NCBI GenBank assembly: GCA_000934665.2
Contig: KZ538195.1
Coordinates: forward strand, 62,001-103,822
Reading direction: 5' to 3'
Source of the DNA: Catajapyx aquilonaris
Lineage: Eukaryota
DNA length: 41,822 bases
Numbering within the stretch: the first letter of the stretch is position 1; each line of letters starts with the position of its first letter. Both the position numbers and the translations under genes were made by a program. This document shows, one piece after another, positions 34,987-41,822 of this stretch. Below the pieces are notes generated by a model. That model made no database searches and was not told where the DNA came from. It saw only the letters and a list, made by a program, of their open reading frames with translations.

Positions 34987-35786
34987 CCCCTTCGGCCCCA
35001 GATCGGCCCGAACCACACAGTATTTGGCTTACACATACTCCGAAGATACGGACAAGATATTTTGCAAATAATAACAGCTATACTTACGAGATCTGGGAAA
35101 ACCCTATGAATGTGTCTGGAACCATTTTACTCGTCTAGAAGTCCCTAAATTAATTTCCAAAAAAAGGCTATAATAACTCGAAATTGGACTACTGCCGCCC
35201 AACTTTTAGGCTGATTTAATTATGAAATGCGTGAAAATATGCGGAATAACAACCATGAGAACCAAGCCAGACGAATTTGCTGAAATCGTCGTACTTTGCG
35301 AGAAATAAATTAATACTTATTTGCGGCTTTCTAGCACATAGGAAATCTTCGGAAAACTCCCAAATTTATTTGTTTCTCATGAAGTACGACGATTTCAGAA
35401 AATTCATCTCATACTCATTTAGGAGTTTTCCTAAGTGCTAGAAAGCCGCAAATAAGTATTAATTTATTTATCGCAAAGTACGACGATTTCAGCAAATTCG
35501 TCTGGCATGGTTCTCAAAGTTGTTATTCCTCATATTTTCACGCATTTCATAATCAAATCAGCCCAAAAGTTGGGCGGCAGTAGTTTAATTTCGAGTTATT
35601 ATAGCCCTTTTTTGGAAATTAATTTAGGGACTTCTAGACGAGTAAAATGGTTCCAGACACATTCATAGGGTTTTCCCAGATCTCGTAAGTATAGCTGTTA
35701 TTATTTGCAAAATATCTTGTCCGTATCTTTGCAGTACGCGTGACGCCAAAAACTGTGTGGTTCGGGCCGATCTGGGGCCGAAGGGG
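34987..35786. mobile_element. piggyBac-like fold-back element
   Basis: TTAA|CCCCTTCGGCCCCAGATC...GATCTGGGGCCGAAGGGG|TTAA; inverted arms of about 370 bp. Confidence 0.9.
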
Positions 35787-36959
35787 TTAAAGAATCGTGG
35801 AGATGACGTAATAGGATGATGTCACCTTCTTGTGCATAGTTTATGAGGCGGTTGCTGCCCTCTCTCGATGTGCAGCGTAGGTTGGTACGTCTCCCAATGT
35901 TCAGCTCCCTCTTGTGCATGAATCGAGTGCGAAACCAATGGTACCAGATCCAGTGAATTTCACCTAATGTGCTCTTTTTAAACCCCCACCCAAACAGTGA
36001 CAAATCGAGCGGGAGACAAAGGGTTAAATCAATTCCCCCATAGTGCAGTGTTTTTAGTTCCACACAAAATCTGGGGAAAAACACTGCAGTTGGTACCATG
36101 AATGCATGGAAAAAATATTTTGGGAGACAGAATATGTGGCTTACAAGTGCAAGTGTTCAGGGCAGCAAAATGCTCCAGAATTACTTATAGTCAACACATT
36201 TTAAGGATAGCGATGAAAATTCTAGTTCAGCATTGTTTGCCCACCACCGGGCTATATTATTTCATATGAGAAGAATGTACAGTTGGTGGGGAAAGGCAAG
36301 ATCGCATAAGTGTACCCGTAATGGATGCCAACGCACAAAATGAGGGACAAAAATTAAAATCGTCCCCGCCCCAACTGCTATCCTTACAGTGATTCTACTG
36401 TATCAACAGGGAATCTGTTGTGTAACAGAGGAGCCACAATGAAGACTTGTAAATAATCATGATGTAGAAGTCTACACTTTATTTGTGTTTATAATTCTTT
36501 TTAAGCTGTTCAAAAGGCCCAACTACTTTGGTGACACTCTGTATGTAATTAGTTTTGTATTGGCAATTCTCGATATTCTTCCAAAAACAGCATTTACTAT
36601 ATTTATTAGAACATTGTGAAAATGTGTGTTCAATTCAGCTGCCGAGTCATGATCTGAGATCTAAGGAGTTAATGGCATTCTGAGAAATCCCATTCTCAAG
36701 GCAATAATGGGATTTGTTTTCACCAATAGGCCCCCCAAACTGTTAACCAATCATACAACTCTCACACTTCAATTACCTCTCAATTAGTATGACATGTACT
36801 GTATGATTGTAATGATACATAATTTTAACATGTTACAGAAGTTATTTTTAAGAGTAATACATTCACACTCCATTCTTTTCAAAATGACCTACCTAAATAT
36901 TAAAATGGTTAATTTTATTAATGATATTTTTAAAAGGATCATAAGAATGGCCAACTCAC

Positions 36960-37432
36960 AGCCTCCCAATCTCCCATGAATGTGTCACACTCTTCCTCGG
37001 ACCCTGAGTCATCTGTTAGGTCACATGCCTCAAGATCACTCTGCAGGGACTCCTCCATGGAACGCATAAGCTGGGGGCTGAGATCACTGGGCCCCTGCCT
37101 TCCAAGGTCAGCTGACCTTCCATCCAAGAGAGCCAGCAAATTGTGGAGAGTGTGGGATGGGTTGAGCAGCTGGGGGTCCACATTTTGAGAGAAGCACAGA
37201 TGGAGGACATTGGCATTGAGCTTGGCCACTGCCCGCAAAAACCGTCTGTCACCCAGCTCATGCCCGCAGAACTCAGAGTAGCACAGCCGCTTAGGGAGTT
37301 GCACATCCAGGTAAAAGGCCAGCACATTAACCAGCTGGGTTGTGTAGGTCAAAGCTGCTGATATGGTATATGCCGGGTTGCGATCCCTAACCTCTCCAAT
37401 GGCACCTGGTACACCATCCTTGTTTGCTGCCA
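36960..37432 (-). CDS. ATG14: ATG14 internal exon
   Basis: Encodes NPAYTISAALTYTTQLVNVLAFYLDVQLPKRLCYSEFCG...KLNANVLHLCFSQ...GDWEA, including an acidic W-x-x-V LIR-like motif across the junction. Donor |GTGAGT. Confidence 0.95.
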
Positions 37433-37546
37433 CTGCAATGTAAAATTTGGGTGTAGGGTCTGCTTTGCAGGCAGTGAAATGCTGGAGGTGGTGTAAGTGA
37501 AGGTAGGGAGGGAATTTAATCCTTTTCTATCACCTATGGGCCCTTA

Positions 37547-37708
37547 AGGTGCGTTTACATGTGAGCGATTTGACGAGCGAAATATTCGCCGAGGCTAAAA
37601 TTAATGATCGATTTTCGCCTCAAACAATATTGAATACTTGAGTTACTCAGCCTCCGCAAAGATTTCACCCTGCTTCGCTCGTCAAATCAATCATATGTAA
37701 ACACAGCT
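37547..37708. mobile_element. Harbinger MITE (family B)
   Basis: TTA|AGGTGCGTTTACATGTGA...TCATATGTAAACACAGCT|TTA; shares CCTCAAACAATATTG with 30959-31150. Confidence 0.8.
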
Positions 37709-37988
37709 TTAGGAATGGGAGTAGCAAGAGATGCAAACAGTTTACAGAGAATTATTGTGATACTAGGGCCTGTCAGTCTCACAGGTCATATTTTGATCAA
37801 AAGGGCTTACGAACAGGAGTATTGTGCCTATACCTGCCTGGTATTGAGAGAAATTAACTTAATTTTGACATTTTTGTGGGTTGACCAATTATTGTGTTAA
37901 CACATTCCAATTCTTCCTTGGCTACTAACCAGATTCCTATTTCCATCATTAAAACTTAACAGCATGCAGTGAAAAGAAGAGAACTTAC

Positions 37989-38158
37989 CCCAGACATTGT
38001 AAGCTGAGTAGTCACCTGATCCTGGAAGAGTGGGCTCCACAATCATATATTGTAACTCTCCAAGGTTGTCAGTGTAAACCCATCTCCCTTTCACATAAGC
38101 AGTTCGGGTGGCATCAGCCAAGGCACTCACTGTGTCCTCCAGATCTGTGTCATCGTCA
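37989..38158 (-). CDS. ATG14: ATG14 internal exon
   Basis: Encodes TVSALADATRTAYVKGRWV...LPGSGDYSAYNVW. Acceptor tttttcag|, donor G|GTAAGT. Confidence 0.93.
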
Positions 38159-38191
38159 CTGAAAAATGTTTTAAATCAACACTATTATTAA

Positions 38192-39039
38192 CCCTAATAA
38201 GACGGGCGTATCATATGCTGATACGGTAGCTTTAAAAAATTATGCTGGCGAAACTATAGCTTTTCCCACTATGTAACGTGGTTTCTGTGTGGCTTTTTAA
38301 ATTTTCTCTCGTGTAAAAAATCGCGAGTTTTCGTCTACAAAATCGTGCATAAATAAACCGGATTAACCAGATTAACTTGAATGAAATAATCTTTTTGCAG
38401 CCACTGGAAAAAAAAAAAAAAAAAAAAATCTGGCCTTGACCGGCAAATTTTTGGCACACATAGTTGCCCCCAAACCTCCTCAAGAGATTGCACCCGAAAA
38501 TTAGTGTAAATGATGATTCAATAGTTTTAAAATAAATAAATAATGTTCGTAAATGCCAATTAGCGGCTGTAGGGCATCTGCGCACTTCAATGCCGGCCCC
38601 TGTATGGCTCGAGAGGCGCATGCCCCGTGCGGTTTTTGAATAGCTGATGCGAAAGGGATATTTACACACGCTAGGGGTTGTGTGTTTATCAATATAACTC
38701 GCCTAGCAGGCCTGTGACGTAATTCATGCCATGTGCTTATGTACTGCTTCGTTCAGCGGTGCCAACGCTACATACCGATAATTTTTCGTCAAGCAGGCAG
38801 AGTGACAAAAAATTGGTGCAGGCGCGAAACATACCCCCCTGCGCCACCTCTTGCGCATATAAGAATTAACCCCTCTGTATGGCATGAGAGGATGGTCACA
38901 TAGATGGCCTCAGGATCAAGCCTGGACACTAGACGATCTTATTCACTAGTGTTTTCAAGTCTCGTCCCCCAAGTGCCAAAGCAAGCGAATTTTTTGCAGA
39001 TACTTGGAAAAACGTGAAAAACCACTCGTCTTATTAGGG
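38192..39039. mobile_element. piggyBac-like non-autonomous element
   Basis: TTAA|CCCTAATAAGACG...CGTCTTATTAGGG|TTAA. Confidence 0.88.
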
Positions 39040-39077
39040 TTAACCTAAAATTATTGGGAGTCAATATAGGCAGTTAA

Positions 39078-39714
39078 GGGGGCACAATAGCAAAAATATG
39101 GTAGAACTGATTTCACAGGGAATTAAATTTTTTGTGGCAAAACGCATTGTTAAGACGGAAAAAAAACGAAGTAGGTGCCCTGCACAAAGGTTTCACCTTG
39201 ACAATGGTACCATATTTGACACTATTGCATTAAAATTGTGAAAATACGGGTGCAGACACATGTCTGATTTTGTCACGATTTATTGGTCATGTTATTCAAA
39301 TGGACTTTTTGGAAATTCGTTTATCTATCACTACAACCAGCCGTAAAGGTCATTTCTAGGCCGAAAACGGAAAAAAGACAAAGTAGGTGCCCTGCTCCAG
39401 GTAGTCTATTTTTTGGTGCAATTTCTGTCACAATTGAACCATTTTTGAGGTCATACGGATGCAGAAGCATAGACATGTCGAATTCTCCTCTGCTGCATAC
39501 ATAAACAAGTTTGTTGGGGTTGTTGCCAGTGGTGCCCATTGTTGCAGGAGGCATGAGGCTCGAGGTTCAAGTGTTTAGCGTGGAAATGGGACGGGGCTTA
39601 TTGGAGAGGGGGCAACAACTGCATTCTATTGTTGTACAACTATTCCATAGGATCACTGCTACAGCTATAGTTGCAGAGCCATCTCCTTTACTGTATTTTT
39701 GCTACTGCGCCCAC
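39078..39714. mobile_element. TTAA-targeting element with G-rich termini (Kolobok-like)
   Basis: TTAA|GGGGGCACAATAGCAAAAATA...TATTTTTGCTACTGCGCCCAC|TTAA; internal direct repeat AAGTAGGTGCCCTGC. Confidence 0.7.
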
Positions 39715-40034
39715 TTAACCTAACAATTTCCAAGTTGTAACTAAAATATTGAAAAAATCCATTATTTGCTAATGGTTTCATCCGTTTCCTAATATGCAAC
39801 GTCAAACGTTTTACATTAATATGAGTTAATAACACACAAACACTTTGACACAATAATGTTTTACGTTAATTATGAGTTATAATTAATGCCATCAACATTG
39901 CAACAACATCCAGCCTAGCTTCCAGAGGCTGTGAATCACTTCACCAATGGTTTTCAAAAAATGCTGATAGAACCTCAAAGGCTGTGTTAATCCCTACACC
40001 ACTGTAGGCTACTGTCCCAGTGGGAAACCATTAA

Positions 40035-40752
40035 CCCCTTCCCTACCAGATCTAGGCGATGAGATTCGCTTCTGTTCAACTTGCACGTACTCTGAAGATA
40101 AGGAAAAGATACTTTACAAATTAATAATAACAGCTATACACCTATACTTCATGCTGTACGCGTATGAACATGTTTGGAACAATTTTCCATTTCTAGAAGT
40201 CGCAAAATTAATTTCCAAAAAGATCACCGTACCAACTTGAAATTAAATTACTACCGGCCAACTGTTAGGCTGATTTAATTATGAAATACGTTAAAATATA
40301 TGGAATAACAACCTTGAGAATCGTGCTATGACGAATCTGCTGAAAATGTTGTACTTTGCGAGAACTAAATCAATTTTGGAGTTTTCCGAAGTGAGAGACA
40401 AGCCACAGTAAGTATTAATTTAATTCTCGCGAAGTACGACTATTTCAGTAAATTTGACAGATAACGATTCTCAAGGTTGTTATTCCATATACAGTATTTT
40501 AACGTGTTTCAGAATTAAATCAGCCGAACAGTTGGCCGGTAGTAATTTAATTTGGAGTTGTTATGGCTATCTTGTTGGAAATTAATTTTGCAACTTCTAG
40601 AAGTGGAAAATTGTTGTAAACATATTCATAGTGTAAAGCATGAACGTGTAAGTATAGCTGTTATTATTTGTAAAATATCTTGTCCTTATCTTCAGAGTAC
40701 ATGCAAGTTGAACAGAAACGAATCTCATTGCCTAGATCTGGTAGGGAAGGGG
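40035..40752. mobile_element. piggyBac-like fold-back element, sister of 34987-35786
   Basis: TTAA|CCCCTTCCCTACCAGATCTAGGC...GCCTAGATCTGGTAGGGAAGGGG|TTAA; shared blocks such as TCTAGAAGTC and TTAGGCTGATTTAATTATGAAAT. Confidence 0.9.
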
Positions 40753-41052
40753 TTAAGGCTGGGATTCACAGCCATGCAAGGTAGAGAATGTAACCAATAT
40801 TTAACAATTTTTATAATATGAATTTACTGCTTGCATACCTATCATCTGAATGTAACTCTACTCGACAATCTGGCAGATGCTCTCAGCATCAACATTCTCA
40901 ATAGCAATAGCATGATACCATCTTATAATAAAGCACAGTAATTTTCTTAAGAGAGAAAACAATACCTTAATTCTTTGGCACATGACAAGTATGATAACAT
41001 CATGATCTCACACAGGCAAAACTTTAAAAAACCAACACTCATGTCACCTCAC

Positions 41053-41290
41053 CTCCTACTAGGTTGAACTTCCGATATAGGAAAAATGAACTTGATCAGT
41101 TGCTGAACTCTAAGTTGAATGAGGAGCTTCAGTTGGACTCTAGATTCTTCCAGTTTCTCTCTCTGTCTCCTCATTTTTTCTTCACAGTGTATAATTAGGC
41201 GGGCCAGCTCCTGGACTTTATCTTTGTACTTCGGCAGTGACAGCTTGTACCTGGTAATGTTTCGCCTTAAGTCCCTACTTTTCTTCTTCT
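41053..41290 (-). CDS. ATG14: ATG14 internal exon (end of coiled coil)
   Basis: Hand translation gives KKKSRDLRRNITRYKLSLPKYKDKVQELARLIIHCEEKMRRQREKLEESRVQLKLLIQLRVQQLIKFIFPISEV; IFPIxEV matches ATG14. Acceptor atttccag|, donor AG|GTGAGG. Confidence 0.88.
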
Positions 41291-41822
41291 CTGGAAATAA
41301 AAGATTTGGTTACCAATGGTTTGTAAATAGTTGTAGACTCTGTCTGGAATATTGCTGCTTGTGATCTAGATAAGGGCTACTCAACTCATTTGTGACGAGA
41401 TCCAGAAGCTACATAATTATTTTCTTTAATTAGGGTTAGGAGTCTCTGAGAAGCTTCAACTCAGCTCCTCCCTCCACCCACATGCACATTAAATTCTTTA
41501 TATATTACCAAGTATTTTGTAACAATTAGGATGATTAGTGGAGTGAAAATGGCAGTTTCTCTTTCCAGAGATGATAGCTTGTATTTTTCCTCCTCTATAT
41601 TGTGAACAAGGATGTGGTCTGGGTAATAATGTCTCAGGGTCTGGATCTGAATATGATCCACAATTTGAGAGCCCTGCTCTAGATCATCAACACATGTATT
41701 ATAATATAATAATAATAATGATAATATAATAATAACTGGGGTAGTGCTTTCACCCCCAACTGGGGGTATATCACACGTTCCTTTATTTTTGTTATTATTA
41801 TTTTTACAGTAGCTGGTGCAGG

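Noticed and set aside
40839..40921. Possible extra ATG14 exon (ttataag|...|gtatgc)
   Set aside because: It is 83 nt with an in-frame TAG and a weak acceptor, and the flanking exons already join in phase. At most an unsupported poison exon.

Overview
AT-rich animal genomic DNA, most likely from an arthropod judging by the FBXO11 N-terminus. It has two short N gaps (6764-6789 and 32592-32603). Three spliced housekeeping genes were reconstructed by hand, all with GT-AG junctions and consistent phases. FBXO11 is on the minus strand, with ATG at 14462 and six exons visible before it runs off the left edge. RCE1 (CAAX prenyl protease 2) is on the plus strand and complete: five exons, 19466-25756, 295 aa. 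ATG14 is on the minus strand, with its last four coding exons at 41290-33671 and its 5' part outside the window. FBXO11 and RCE1 are head-to-head about 5 kb apart; RCE1 and ATG14 are tail-to-tail. Introns and intergenic DNA are packed with non-autonomous transposons: Tc1/mariner, pogo, hAT, PIF/Harbinger, piggyBac, Kolobok-like, Sola-like, Helitrons, tRNA-derived SINEs, an RTE fragment and a deleted mariner, many nested or fully fold-back. I see no clearly new protein-coding system. The best leads are sister fold-back MITEs bracketing internal exons of two genes (circRNA or exon-skipping candidates), a TAA-linked chain of Harbinger MITEs, MITEs carrying CTCF-like and poly(A) signals, a DRE/uORF-rich FBXO11 5' end, an orphan promoter-like motif cluster and a branched GC-rich hairpin.
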